Below are positions 48,285-61,720 of a stretch of 64,000 bases of DNA, piece by piece. The stretch comes from Camelus dromedarius (lineage: Eukaryota). Position numbers and translations under genes: made by a program. How positions within the stretch are numbered: position 1 is the first letter of the stretch; the number at the start of each line of letters is the position of its first letter. The notes under the pieces are model-generated. The model did no database searches and was not told the DNA's origin. It worked only from the letters and a program-made list of their open reading frames with translations. The stretch lies in the NCBI RefSeq assembly GCF_036321535.1, contig NC_087436.1:33482001-33546000 (forward strand), given 5' to 3'.

Positions 48285-51200
48285 TAGACCTACACTGAAA
48301 AAAATGGATAAAAGAATTTCTGTAAACAGAGAGGAAAAAATATAAAGGGATCTAGGAATATCAGAAAAGAAGTAAAAACATAGTATGCAGAAATAGGGAG
48401 GGTGAATAAAATACTATTTCCTTCTTTCCTTCAGTTTTCAAAATCATATTTCATGGTTGAAGCAGAAAAAACATAACAGTGTTTCAGTGATTCTAGTTTA
48501 TATAGAGAAACTATTTAAGAACATTATGTTATAATGGGGAAAATAGCATAAAGGAAGATGATATTTTTACATTTCACTGGAACTGAAAATACTAGTAGAC
48601 AGTGTTACATATATGTGCAAAGCAATTGCTAGAGCAACTGTGAAGACAGCTGTACAAAAAACACTCAAAAAACACTACAAATAAATCAAAATTAAATTCT
48701 AAAAAGTGTTCAAGTATCAACATGAAGGCAGAGAAATGAAAATCAGAACAAAAACAGCAACCTAAAGTCCTAACATATTAATAATTATATTATATATAAA
48801 TAGTCTAAATACAGTAATAAAGAGACAGATTGATAGAGTGGATTAAAAATCATGACTCAGCTATATCAGTCTATAAGTTTATCTCAAATCTAACTGTATA
48901 GTCTGGTAGAAAGTAAAAGGATGGAAAACCCATATCATACAGACAATAGTTTTTAAAAAGCAAGAGTGAATATATTAATATTAGATGAAGTAGACAGAGC
49001 AAAATGCTTAGCAGAGACATTACAAAAAAATAAAAAAAAATACAATCCAAGAAGACATAGCAACCATCAATGTGAATGCACTTAGCAACATAACAGCAAA
49101 ATATGTGGGAAAAATACTTGGTAGAACAGAAAGGAGACATAGAGAAATTCACAATTATAACTGGACTTCAAATCCCTCTTTTAACAATTGATAGAACAAC
49201 TGTATAAAATCAGCAAGCATATAGAAGAACTCAACCATACCATCACCCAACAGTATTTAATTAGCACTCCCCCAGATAGCAGAATACACATTCTTTCTAA
49301 CTGTCCATGGGACTTTTACCATAAAAAAAATTCCTCAACATGTTTAAAATAAAAGAAATCATATAGGATGTATTTTCTAATACAAAATGTAATCAAACTA
49401 GAAATCGGTAACATTAACAGAAAAATCTCTAAATATTTGGCCAGTAAGCATATGCTTCTAAATAATCTATTCATCAAAGACGAACTCTCAAGGGAAGTAA
49501 AAAATACATTAAAGTGAACAAAAATTAAAACACAGCATATCAACATTTGTGGAACACAGATAAAGCAGCATTGAGAGGGAAATTTATAACACTAAATACA
49601 TACATTAGAAAATTGAAAAAGTCTCAACTAAAAAATGTAAGCTCCTCCTTCTAGAGACTAGGAAAACAATAGCAAAATAAATCAAAAGGAAACAGAGGAA
49701 AAAACTAATAAAGACAACAGCAAAAATCAATCAAATTGTAAACAGGAGGAAAAAAAAATTGGTTAAAATCAGTGAAATTAAGGAATGGTTCTATAAACAG
49801 ATCAATAAATTTGACAAACCGCTAGCAGTGCTATCAAAAAGGAAAAAGAGAAGACACAAACTGTTAATATCCAGGGGCATCACTGCAAACTTTGACGACA
49901 TCAAATAATAATAAGGGATGATTGTCACAATTCTATACACATAAATTTTTAAAACCTGGATAAAATGGACCAGTTCCTCAAAAAGCACAAACTACCACAA
50001 ATCACCCTGTATATAATAGAGAATTTGAAAACTCCTGAACTATTAAGGAAATTGAATCAATATTTTTAACAGAAGGATATCTCCAATCCCAGATGGTTCG
50101 AGTGGTTAATTCTACAAAACTTCTAGTGAATTAATACCAATTCTACATAATCTCTTTTAGGAAAGAGAAAAGAATGATACAGTTTCCAATTTATCTTATA
50201 CATTTTATATTACCTTGATAAAGAACACAGAAAAAGTCAGCATACACACAAAAATTGAAATTAGAGACAAATAAGACTTACCAATATACATGCAAAACTA
50301 ATTAACAAAATCTTAGCAAATAGATTTCATCAGTATATATTAAAAAAAAAAAAACAACAGTGATCAAGTGGGGCTTATTTCAGGTATGCAGGTATTGGTT
50401 CCACAAACAAAAATCAATGTAATCAACAGGCTAATAAAAAATGTATCAGTCAGTACAGAAAACAACACCCATTCAAGATAGAAACTCTCTTAGAAAATGA
50501 AAGAATAAAAAGAAAATCTCAACTTAGTAGAAAGTATAGAAAAACCAACAGCTTACATTACACTTAATGGTGGAAAAAGGATGCTTTTTCTTTGAGATGG
50601 AACAGGACAAGTTCATCCACTTCCACCACTCAAAAGTAACTCAGAGCTTGAAATTCTAGCTGGCGCAATAAAGAAGAAAGGGAAATAAAAGGCACAGTTT
50701 GTAAAGGGAAAAGTGAACCTGCCTCTGTTTGCAGGAGACATGATCATTTTCATAGACAATCCCAACATATCTTCAAAAAAAAAAAAAAACTTATAATAAG
50801 TGAATCTAACAATGCTTCAAGAAATAATATAGACCTACAAAAATAAATTATATTTCTATATATCAGCAATGAACACATGGACATGAAAAATTGGAAAAAA
50901 TACCATTAACAATCAGTCAAAAAATACCCAGCTGCAAATCAAATAATTTATATGAAATATGTATGGTGAAAACTACAAATTGTTAAGGAAAGAAATTAAA
51001 GATCAAAATAAATGCAGAGATATACTGGAAGAAAATAACTTGCAAATCACATATCTGACAAAAGACTACTGTCCAGATTATGTAAACAATTATCAAAACT
51101 CAAATCTATTGAAGGAAACAAGCAATCCAATTAGAAAATGGACAGAAACATGAAGCTGTCACTGAAGAGGATGTACATATGGGAAATAAGCATGTTAAAA

Positions 51201-51570
51201 GATGTTCAGCATCATTAGGTATTAGAGAAACGCAAATTAAAACTACAATGAGATATCACTACACAAGTAACAGAATAGCTAGGTTTACAAATAATGCCAA
51301 CTCCAAATTCTGGTGAGGATGCAGAGAAAATGTATTGGTTATATATTGTTGATGGGAATGTAAAAATACTACAGTCACTCTGGAAAAGCATTTGACAGTT
51401 TATTTCAAAAACTTTTATGTAAAACCATCATGACCCAGTATTTCACTCTTAGGTATTTATCCTCAAGAAATTATAATTTATATTCCCATAAAACCTGTAT
51501 ATGCATGTCTATAGCAGCTTTATTTATAATAGCCAAACACTGGAAGTAGCCCCACTGTACTTAAACAGTT
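48285..51570 (+). mobile_element. Long decayed L1 (L1MC/MD-like): ORF1 end, inter-ORF spacer, ORF2 and partial 3' UTR
   Basis: Endonuclease start around 48770 (ataattatatt...agtctaaatacagtaataaagagacagattgatagagtggattaaaaatcatgac), ccagatagcagaatacacattctt, ctctgtttgcaggagacatgat (FADD-region remnant), MYGENYKLLRKEIKDQNK, then a deletion to ttgcaaatcacatatctgac and the ORF2 C-terminus. Confidence 0.92.
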
Positions 51571-51589
51571 GAAGCTTTTTGTTAAAAAA

Positions 51590-52490
51590 TAAAATTTATT
51601 TTTAAAGAAATCTTGAAAAATTATTGGGCAAAACTTAGCCAAGATAATTTGGTAGGAAAAGAATATTGAGGGGATACTTATATCACCAAATATTAAAATA
51701 TATAACTACAATATGCAAAGGATGTATTACCATCACGAATATTTAAAGGTACACCAATAATAGAAAAAAATTATCCAGAAAATACTGTCTTGTGTGAATT
51801 ATATGTAAGTATCATATTGAAAATCATAATGATATATACATTTATATACAAGGACTTAATACAAAAAAATTAAAGGAGCCAAGATTATCCAACCATATTG
51901 ATATTCATAGTAATGAAATTTAAATGTCAATGAATGTTTTCCTTATAATTTGGCAGAAGTTTAAAATATAGCTAGGCTTGGTGACAATGAGATATAAATT
52001 AGTAATACTGCATCCATGTCTTTTGGAAGTTTAATTGTATTAATTTTATTAAAAAATTGGTACCAATTTATTCATAATTATGTTTCTACTAACCTAAAGA
52101 AATAATTGATAAAATGGTCAAGTTATTTTATATATTATGACTATTATGCAATAGTCTATCTGATAAAATGTTATTTATAATATTGAATAGCTGGAAAAGA
52201 AAGAAATAGTTAAATAAAATATAGCATATAGTTTGCAGGCACTAAAATACATTTTAAATAATACGATGCTGGTAAAATATGCACCATGTAATATTAAGTC
52301 ATCTTATATGAAAAGTTACAAATATTTGTTCTACACATATTTTTTGCCTTTTTATTTAAGTATGATATACCTACAGAAAAGCATATTATATAAACTTAAA
52401 TTATGTCATATTATATGTATACTTAGATAAAAACTAGAAGACATTAGACAAACGTATTGTTAAGATTTATCTTTGAAAATAGCGTATGAT
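51590..52490 (+). mobile_element. Very old L1 (L1ME/L1M5-like) remnant
   Basis: tagccaagataatttggtaggaaaagaatattgaggggatacttatatcaccaaatattaaaatatataac resembles the decayed ORF2 'IAKTILKKKNK.GGLTLPDFKTYYK' region. Confidence 0.55.
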
Positions 52491-54705
52491 TTTGTCCCCA
52501 AATATAATGCTAAGGAATTCTAATCTAATTAAAGAGACCAGAAATGAAGAAGCAGTCTTGATCACCTTCAGATGTAGGGGTTGAATTAGGTAAAGGAACC
52601 TACTGATCAAAAGGAATAGACCTCTTCAGATGCTATTGACCTGGACAATTCCTTCAATAATCTGGTCTAGCAGGCTCAATTTCTTCACATTCCCACTAGT
52701 CCAGTCCCATTAAATCATTCTAAAGAGGTTAAATAACAGACATCCCAAACTAGATGCCAAAAAGCATTTGATGATGGGTTAGATCTGCCAAGCAATCATT
52801 GCTGTTCATCGGTAAAATTAGATGTCCATATGAATGTGCACATAGAAGGAAATTTCAGCGTGATTTTTAACTGTGTGTGGCAATCTGTTGCCATGTAACG
52901 CTCACTTGTCTGATATTTACTGTCAGACTTCATTCACAGATATTTCACAGGCAGATGGTTTCTTTCACTGGCTCAGGAGCCACTTCAAAGTGTTTTGATT
53001 CCTGACCAAGTCATATATCATACTTCCTTTAGGAAGATTTTCTTCCCAGCTGCCGACTTTAAAATAAAATCAGGAATAATCAGAAGGCTACACAGCCCTT
53101 TCAGTTTAACTATCTTCAAAGAGCAGACAGCAAAGGCTTCTTTACTATAGCAACATATTGGAATTAAATAATATTTAACACTTCTTTAAAGGCAAAAGTA
53201 ACATCGTGGAAGAGGCTCTTATTAAGACAACTGACAGAAAATGTAACAAGAAAATCCACAGAGATTTGTGTCTGTCATTTCCATTACTTCAAACTAAAAC
53301 TGAAGGTGTTGAATATACTGTTTTTCTTCTTAATTTGCATTCAGCCAACCCATTCAGCCCTACATTCTTTCAGCATTAGGATATTTTCCCCTGCTTGATC
53401 AGAATCTGGAAGTTATAAGATACATTAACTTCTTATAATATGAGTTTAAAATTGGGAAGAATTTTTCCAGACAGAATTATTTTCACTATTACTTAAATAG
53501 TTTAACTTTACAGTAAATTAAGATTTTGAAACAAGATAAATATAAATCTTAATGGAAATTATGACAGTAAACATAAAGCAATGATTTTGAATTTCCAATT
53601 CTTGTAGCACTTTTTATCACTGCTGCTTTGGTGGTCCTGTTCATTCAGATTTGATCCTAACTATTGCATATAGTTTATGGACAAACTCTCCCATCTGGAT
53701 TTGAGGAGGCTGACTTTAAAAGTACCTCTTTTGTGCAGGTGGTAGGCAATTTTGATAAATTTTGGATATCAGAGACCTCAGAGGCAGTTTTCATCATTGG
53801 TGAATATAATAGAAACTCAAATAATATTATCAATAATTAAAAGGGCAGACCTAAAGGGAACAAAGAAAAAAATCAAATTGTGGTTCCTTAGAACTATATT
53901 ATGTTCTAGTTAAACTTCATCATACTAACAAATAAAATACTGGCCTGTCTTTATTCACTAAACAAATAAAAAATTTTAGAGAATTTTGTTTATTTTTCCA
54001 AGTGGTAAATAAGGTGAGACCAATGGAAGGAGCAGCTTTCTTTAACGGTGTCGCCTTCCCTCATCCTATTTTGTGTTTGATGTACCCTTTCCTCATCCAC
54101 CACCCAGACTTGAATTAAGCAGCCTTTTGCCCATTGTTAATTCTTATGAACATCTTTGATCATGTCAGTAACTTTAATTTAGCCAACTCTGAAAATTATA
54201 CTCTAATTTTTTTTTTTTTTTTTTTTTTGCCATTTTCTCCTCTCTATTAACCCATTCGTATATCCCTAAATGCCTATAATCAATTGCCTGGAGACTCAAA
54301 TATTTTAACTTTCCCAGGATCTATTAGTTACATTCAAACTTCCCCTTCTTTGCTATCTAACCCACATTTAATAAGCTCTTACATCACAGTTTCTAAGAAC
54401 TATGGGGGAAAAAAAAGTCATGCAAACAAAGGAAAGATCTAATTCTTCACTCCTGACTAGTAATGTGTCTGAGTCTTCACACACTTTTTTTTTTTTTTTT
54501 TTGTCATTCCAGTATGGTGCCACACCACTAGTTTTTCTTTTATATCTTCCTCCTATTTTTAATGAACAAGAATAGCCATCTGTTTCTTTCAAAATATTAG
54601 ACCACCAAGTAAGAACTTCCTCAGACTCCTCCCTGTCACCCACGAAGTGATTCCCCTCTTTCTCTCTTTTCAGTGACAGTTGTCCAAGATGCATTTATGA
54701 AATGA

Positions 54706-55568
54706 CAGTGTGGATCCCTTTCCCCCTCCTCCATTACTTGTCTTTTTAGGTATAATCACAGTTATTTGGAATTAAAAAAATAAAGGCTATCAAATGCTAT
54801 AAACATCATAATATCCATAAAATAAAATAATTGTATTAGCTGTCAGGAGTTTATGATCCCTTAAAAAAAACTGTTTCAGCCTCTCTGATTGCCTCTTTAT
54901 GACAATAATCTTATAATACAAATTTCTGTAATAAGCATTAGAAAAATAAGTAAGCGTTTCTTTTAAAATTATTATCATTGACATTTTGAAAAGTTCCCTA
55001 CTTCACAATTTGTTACTGGTAATGTCAAGAATGTTTTTATGATTCATACCAAGTTTGGTAAAACTTGTAGCAAGTTTCTTTTGAATTTAAGTTGCTAAAT
55101 GTTATGACATACGTGATACAGCCTGTAGTCCTGCCTTTTATGTGTGGATGATGGGTGAATTGGCATAGTGTAGGTGGAATACATTCTTTGCAGTGATTAC
55201 TGCTGTGTGAAGGCTTGCAAGAATATAAGTATATGCTGAAATAACTGTGAACCACAAAAATATATCCCACTAAACCAAAACTAAATGTATTTCCAACTCA
55301 ACTCCCTTTTACCAGATCCCTCAAAATGTCTGTAGCCACTGCAACGCTACCTTAGATGAAAGGATGTGTGTCTGAGGGAGGTTGGAGTGGAAAAAGACAG
55401 TGGTCTTTACAATTGTAGTTCAAATATCTTAATTTTGTATATTTCACAAAAACATATGACCATGAAAACACACTTCTGGACTCCCCTCCTGGGGCTTTGA
55501 AATGAACTCATGGAAGTGAGAGCTCCTTTGGCTTAAGCTTCATTAGCTTCATAGTAAGTGTCCTTATG
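54706..55568 (-). mobile_element. hAT-Tip100 DNA transposon relic (Zaphod/MER115-like)
   Basis: Minus strand starts ...ttactatgaagctaatgaagcttaagc (recalled Zaphod/MER115 terminus); minus-strand translation LPNLV*IIKTFLTLPVTNCE (FLTLPVTNCE at 55002-55031) matches the hAT C-terminal dimerisation motif; left boundary uncertain. Confidence 0.7.
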
Positions 55569-55689
55569 AATATTCTTACTGTATTTTCATATATATTCCC
55601 ACACTTTTCTGTGATTTCCCTTGTCTTCTCCCACTCCTCACACTCCTCATTCATAGTTTCCCCACTGTCCTGTGGGCAGGGAGGATGTA

Positions 55690-56420
55690 AGCCTCATTGT
55701 GTGTATACAGCGCCTATCAAAGTACCTAGCAGAGATGTTAATTAAAACATATAAGAAAAAAGATTTATAATTCATGTAATTAAAATAATTATATAAATAT
55801 ATTTTAATTAAAAATTTATCTATAAAATAACCAAAGTAAATTGGAAGCATAATTGAGAACTTATCATGGAAGACCAGGTAAGAGATAATAATGTCTTGGA
55901 CAAAGCTGGTGGCAGTGAAGATGGGGGCAGAGAATGCTTCAGGGTCTGTCTTGTTGAGCTCGAGTTGGCAGAACTTGTTGATGGGTTGCAACCAGTGACG
56001 AGAGGGAGAACACTGAGTGTGTAGCTTAACCAATTGTATACAGTGGAACTAAAAAGAGAAAGACTGTAAACATTATGTTCCAGGTGGAAAGTCAAGTTCT
56101 TATATTTTGGCATACTGAGTTCTATGTGCTTGTGAGACATTTAAGACTAGACATAAAGTAGGCATTTCAGAATAGTTTACAGCAGAAAAGACCAAAGAGC
56201 CTCATGGTATCAGAGAGTGGAAGCAATGGCTTTGCCAAACAGCCCTTCAGTAATCTAAGGTAGTCGTGGAAATCAGAGGTTGGGGAAGCGAGTGATCAGT
56301 ATTGGAGAGTGAAAAGTGGCTGAAGCAGTGATGGAATCGAGAAGAGTCTTTTGTGGGAGGGAATTTCATGACTTAGCAGTGATTGAGTTAGTGGGAAACA
56401 CGATGTGCTTTATGACAAAT
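55690..56420 (-). mobile_element. L2 fragments
   Basis: ggaagaccaggtaagagataataatgtcttggacaaagctggtggcagtgaagatggg and gtcaagttcttatattttggcatactgagttc...tgtgagacattt are typical antisense L2 sequence. Confidence 0.65.
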
Positions 56421-56459
56421 CATGATCTGAGTGAACTGCTAATGTAGTCTAACAGAATC

Positions 56460-57076
56460 ATTTGTATGGACTCTATGCAATGAAGGAGGGCACTCCAGGG
56501 GAACCACAGAATGCCACTGAACAAGAGGAAGGAGGGGAGCATCTTTTTAAAGGTTTGGGTTCCCTCCGAGGAATTCTGAGGAGGAGAGTACAGGCAGCAT
56601 ATGCCAGTTGTGCTTCTGTGGTCAGGCTAGGAAAAGAGCTATTAAGTAAGGATTGGTTGCTGCCAAGAGTTGAGAATAGTTTAGCACTTGGAGATCCCCA
56701 GTGATAGGTGGGTTTAGTAAAGTGGGTCTGGAAACCTCATTGTTAAGAAAGCAGTAGTTACTTAGTGACAGTTGTTCTGCCATTTTATAGCTGCTGCATG
56801 ACCTTCAAGAAACAATGTTGCCTATTAACTTCGCAGCTTGCATTGTAAGTGTCTGTTCTCACAGTGTTAATAGTGAGGTTACTTGTTTCATTTTCAGTTT
56901 TTTTCAGTCCCATCTAGGTTTTTAACTCTTAGAATAAGGTGGAGTGGCCATGTTAACAGACATGGCTATTTTAGGGATGAAAACAGCAAAGCCTGTCCAT
57001 TGGCAAATGTTGGAAGGTACAGTTGCGAGGGGAACCTGCAGTCAGGTGTCTGATGGGTGTCTTTATTTCTTTAACA
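56460..57076. mobile_element. Possible ancient LTR
   Basis: G-rich ~600-bp block ending ...tttatttctttaaca, compositionally distinct from its flanks; family not recognised. Confidence 0.3.
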
Positions 57077-57104
57077 GGGGGATTTTATGATCACAGTGCT
57101 CTTC

Positions 57105-57225
57105 GATGCTTTGAACTAGAAATTCTGCTTTTTGGAATATATCCCAGGAAATCATACACTGATGTACACAGGGTTTTATACAAAGATGTTCATCACCACA
57201 TTGTTTATATTACCCAGATGTTGGT
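57105..57225 (+). mobile_element. L1ME-like 3' fragment
   Basis: ctttgaactagaaattctgctttttggaatatatcccaggaaat...tacaaagatgttcatcaccacattgtttata. Confidence 0.7.
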
Positions 57226-58814
57226 TACATTCACTCTGTATTTTGAGAATCAAAAAAGATTAAGTCAAATTCTCTCTTTTGGGGGGCCCATATAATATAA
57301 TTGATTTGTTTCAAACAGTTTTTTGTTTTCCAAAATTTTTCACTAAATTTCCATGTGGATCTGAGTTTCTTTCTCCAATGGAGTTTCAATTTAAAGTGGA
57401 TATAATGTCCTTTCCTCTCCTCTCTACAATAAACCAAATCTCATTTTTGTTTGATTTCTGTCTCTCCTAAAATACATTCAAGTGTGAATAGCAGGCTTCC
57501 TTAGAGTTTTGAGAGGCTGAGTTCATTTACCTCATTCAAATTGGTTAAAACAGACTTTTCTGTTCTTAGAAGCTTTTTGTCTTAAAAAGCTTTTATGAAG
57601 GCCCTTACATCTTCTTGCTGGCCTCTACACTAGAGTTGACAACCTAGATTGAAAGCACTTACAAAGGGTTTGCAGATGAAATACTAGGGGGAAGTTGAAC
57701 ACTTTATGGGTGAAATAATTTTATCTCTATTTTCAGTAATGTCACGACTATTAGTACCTGTGAGTTTGTCACCAATAGAAATTTCTTTGACACTTTGTTT
57801 GTTGCAAATTTGTTAAGTTAAATTTTCTTTACTTTTTTTTTTTTTTTTTTTTTTTGCAAAGAGCCTGAAAGATTGTTTGCCTTTTAAGTCTATTGGAATT
57901 ACGGTTTTAATGGGACCCAGTACTATATCTGTTTATTTAAAGCATAATTTAAAAGCTCATTCATTTCAGCACAGTTGTTTTTCTTATGTCTTATGTATTT
58001 TATTTTATTCGTGTAAAATCAATATTGTGAGCAGAAGTCTGTGTGGTGACTGTGTGATTCTTAGGTACATGGTTAGCCTAATGCCTTAACCAATCAGTAG
58101 AATTTGGGGTTTCCTCAACAGAAAGTTGTCTTTTTCAGTGTCAGTCATTATGGGAAGAAATTGATCATGGGAAAGGGAATACAAATTTTAGAGATAGCAT
58201 AGCATTTTTCTCTCATTGGGTTCTATGAACAACTGAGTCTATATGCTAAGAAATGTGAACACCAGAAAACTCCTGGTAATGAGAAGTAATGGGGCCCCTC
58301 CTTGTGGGAACACGTAGTGGCCCAGCTTGAGACACAGCTGCTTCAGGAATCTTAAATCCAACCTCAGTCAGCAGTTTCTTGAAGGAGTCCTGTCTGTCAG
58401 TCTTCATAATTTACCTGCTATGTTGTATTTCTGTCCAGCAGTCTGCATTTCCTGAATGACTTAGAGGCTGTTGGAAGCCACCATGTCTCTCTCTTAAAGT
58501 TAGATAATTAAGACAAGGTTTAAAAAAATTGTAGTTTTTTTTATGATATATCATGCAAGTCAAATATAATATTAAGTATTAGTATTAAGTCATTTCTAAA
58601 TACTAATTCTACTAGTGGGAAAACTATCTAGAGGTATTAGATATTAACATTAAAATGTAATATGAACTATAAAATAAAAATGAATAAATACATAATTCAT
58701 TCAGCAGGAGTGGAGCTTTTCTCCTGAGAGAAACTACACAAATTATTTACTCATATCCATCAGGATATATTCAAATTTATAAAATTCTTTTAAATTTATT
58801 TATTTACTAAGTGT

Positions 58815-59500
58815 TAATTTGTGGGAAATTATTTAACCTCTCTAATCCCCAGTTTACCCATATGTAAAATTTAGGTAATGGGATGGTTAATATGTGTCAA
58901 CATAACCGGGCTAAAAGAGGCCCAGATAACTGGTAAACATTGTTTCTGAATGTGTCTGGGAGGTGTCTTCAGGAGAGATTAGCCTTTGAAGCAGCAGACT
59001 AAGGAAAGATGTCCCCACACCAGTGCAAGCGCGCATCAGCCAGTCTGCTGAAAGCCTGACTAGAACAAGAGGCAGAAGAAGGGCTAGTTCATTCTGTGCT
59101 TGAGCTGAGACACCTATTGTCTCCCGCCCTGGAACTTTGGCACTCCTGGTTCTTGGAGTGTCTGACTCAGACAAGAACTTACAACATCTCCCCCAGACTC
59201 CCACCCCATGGTCCCGCCTTTGAGCTGTGTAGCACAGTTGAGCTTTCCTGGCTTTCCAGCTTGCAGAAGGCAGATGGTAATAACCACGTAAGCTCATTCC
59301 TGTAATAAATCTCCTCAGAGAGATAGATTGAGGGAGCGAGAGAGAGAGGTTCTGTTTCCCTGGAGAACCCTGACTTACACAGTAAATGACAAGAGTAAAC
59401 TCAGAGTTGCAGTGTTGATAGATGAGGTAACATAGGTAAAGAACACAGAACGAAGCCTGGCATATATATGGTAAATGCTCAGCATTTTAGTTGCTCTTAG
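58815..59500 (+). mobile_element. MIR SINE split by an MLT2 LTR (parts 58815-58878 and 59382-59500)
   Basis: ttatttaacctctctaatccccagtttacccatatgtaaaat before the LTR; gatgaggtaacataggtaaagaacacagaacgaagcctggcatatatatggtaaatgctcag after it. Confidence 0.8.
58879..59381 (+). mobile_element. MLT2 solo LTR (ERV-L)
   Basis: Starts tgggatggttaatatgtgtcaac...cccagataactggtaaacattgtttctg; AATAAA near 59304; ends ctggagaaccctgacttacaca; GTAA on both flanks. Confidence 0.93.
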
Positions 59501-60219
59501 AATTGTTGCTGGTTTTGGTATCATTGTTATTGTTGAGCCTTTTGAAAGCCTGTAGTGCACATGTAAGACTCCCACATTTTGGCTTCCTTTTCCTGGTGCA
59601 TTTGTAGATCTTATGAGGCACGAAGAACATGGGATTCCTGGCACACAAACTTAAATGCAATTATACATTCCACACTAGATTTAGCTACATAATGAAATCC
59701 AAATTAGAACAAAAGTACCCTGTGTTTCTTATTAAACACTGTTGAATTCCTCATATATAATACAACACATAGGATAGACATAGTTATGAAGTATTTCAAC
59801 TTATTTCTGGTCTATTGCCTGCAGTCACAAGGTCTTGAATATATGCTCAAGTTCTAATTTTCCTTACTGGTATTCTGAATAACTTAATTGAAGTGCCTCA
59901 TTCTGGATGAAAGCTAGTTATTGCTGTGAACTGAAAGTGTGTCTAAGACTCTCACTCAGTTTAGACTTTGTAAGGAACTGTTTAGCACCTTAAAGATCAA
60001 TGAAGAAAATTCCTATCGAGGATTCTGCTGACTTGTTGCAGTGTGTTTCTAGCTAGAGACTTTGGACTTGGGAAGCAAAAGCAAACCTGAAGGCCCAACA
60101 TATGCAGAACATTTAAAACCCCCCTTTTTTTTTTCCCATGTGACTCAGAAGGAAACTGAAATTTCATGTTTTCTTCACTGTAAGGTCAGATTCTGTAATG
60201 CCCTTAGGTTTGTTTGTTA

Positions 60220-60430
60220 TTAATAATAATCATTTATTGAATGTCTAATATATGCCAGCTATAAGGTGCTTTACATAGATTTAAGTTTAATCTTTTAAAA
60301 ACTCAAAAACCAAAAAGCTTAAACTTTATGCCTCTTTTACTGCATCATGCAACTAGCTAATACATGTCAGTGTTGGACTCAGAATGAGATGTTTTTGGCC
60401 ACAAAATTATTGCTTGACCCATTTAACAAT
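60220..60430 (-). mobile_element. MIR SINE
   Basis: aataatcatttattgaatgtctaatatatgccag...ggtgctttacatagattta...actagctaatacatgtcagtgttggactcagaa. Confidence 0.65.
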
Positions 60431-61489
60431 TACATTTTTGTACATAAAAATGTCAAAAGTAGTTTTGAGTAGTAGGCACTAAGCAATATGATGTGAAAAC
60501 AGAAATGAATAAGAAGCCACATGAGAGCTAAATTCCATAGGCCTGTTTAGAAAAAGCCTATCGACTCAGCAAGTATCGCCTCCCAGGACATCACACCAGA
60601 AAAACGTGGTGTCTCTTGGATTCTTCGAGGAAGGGATTTAGATATTCATAGGAGGCTAGTTAAATGATAGTAAACATCTGACAGATTTGTTGAGTAGAAA
60701 TTGATTTAACATAAAAGATCCCTCAGGTACATGTCGAAGGGCTATTTAGGGACTTATAATACTAGCTTTTTAGTATTGTCATTGCTTATTTCATGATGTA
60801 GTTTCTGATTGACATCATTGTTTTTAATGCCAGTACTCTTCCTTTATATGTCTCTCTTTTATTCTTTCTTTCTTTTGTTTTGTTTTTTGTTTGTTTGTTT
60901 GTTTCCTATTTCCTCTGAAGGATTGGAACTCAATTCTTTGCATCTACTGCCATGCCCTGAAATTATAATCCTTAGTTCTTTCAACTGCCATTTCCAATAA
61001 CCACAGGGGAAGGGGGGAAATAAAGCACTGTGTAAGCCCGTTGGCTCCATTTAGTATCACAAGGAAAAAGTACATCTGCTTTTTGGATTAAACCATGCTT
61101 ATAAAACCATGCCTGTTTAGTTGACAGGGAGAGGGGGAAAGTATAATTTACATGTTTTAGTTATTCTCGTTTTAGTAGACTTCAGAGCTTTAATTCACCC
61201 TAGGTTTACCCTTGAAAAAATACTGAGAATTTTTATTTGTTGGTTCCCTGCCAACTGTTTTCTCTTCGACTGGCAGCATGATGTTTGCCAGAGTTCCAAT
61301 CACTTATGCTGCCAAGCCCTAGTAGAGACTAAATACTGTTTGCCCCACACAACTTGTTCCTCTGATGTAAAATTAGTTTTAATAAGCACACCTCAAAATC
61401 CTAGTTAATTCAGAAAGTATTTTCTTAATGTTATAACCAAATGAGGTTTGTTGCAGGAATGGAGTAATTATACAACACGGAAAGTATTT

Positions 61490-61720
61490 TTAAATCATAT
61501 GTTCTGTGCGTTGCTCAGTACTGGTGCTGTGACAATATATGAAGAAATTTACCACATAGCCTATGGCCTTGAGGAGCTTGCAGTTTCATAGTGGAAGGGA
61601 AAGGGGGTGGCAAAGCACATAAGGTTTTTGCACAGTAGCCATGAAATAAGATCAGGAGGTGTATGATTCAAAAGATAGATTGTATATGTGAAATGAGTTG
61701 AGAAGAGGGGAAAATATTGT
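61490..61720 (-). mobile_element. L2 3' fragment
   Basis: ctgtgcgttgctcagtactggtgctgtgaca...ggccttgaggagcttgcagtttcatagtggaaggg resembles the antisense L2 tail. Confidence 0.45.

Noticed and set aside
55647..56140. 128-aa and 106-aa minus-strand ORFs
   Set aside because: Overlap decayed L2 and AT-rich low-complexity sequence.
58911..59297. 128-aa minus-strand ORF
   Set aside because: Entirely antisense to the MLT2 LTR; no protein similarity recognised.
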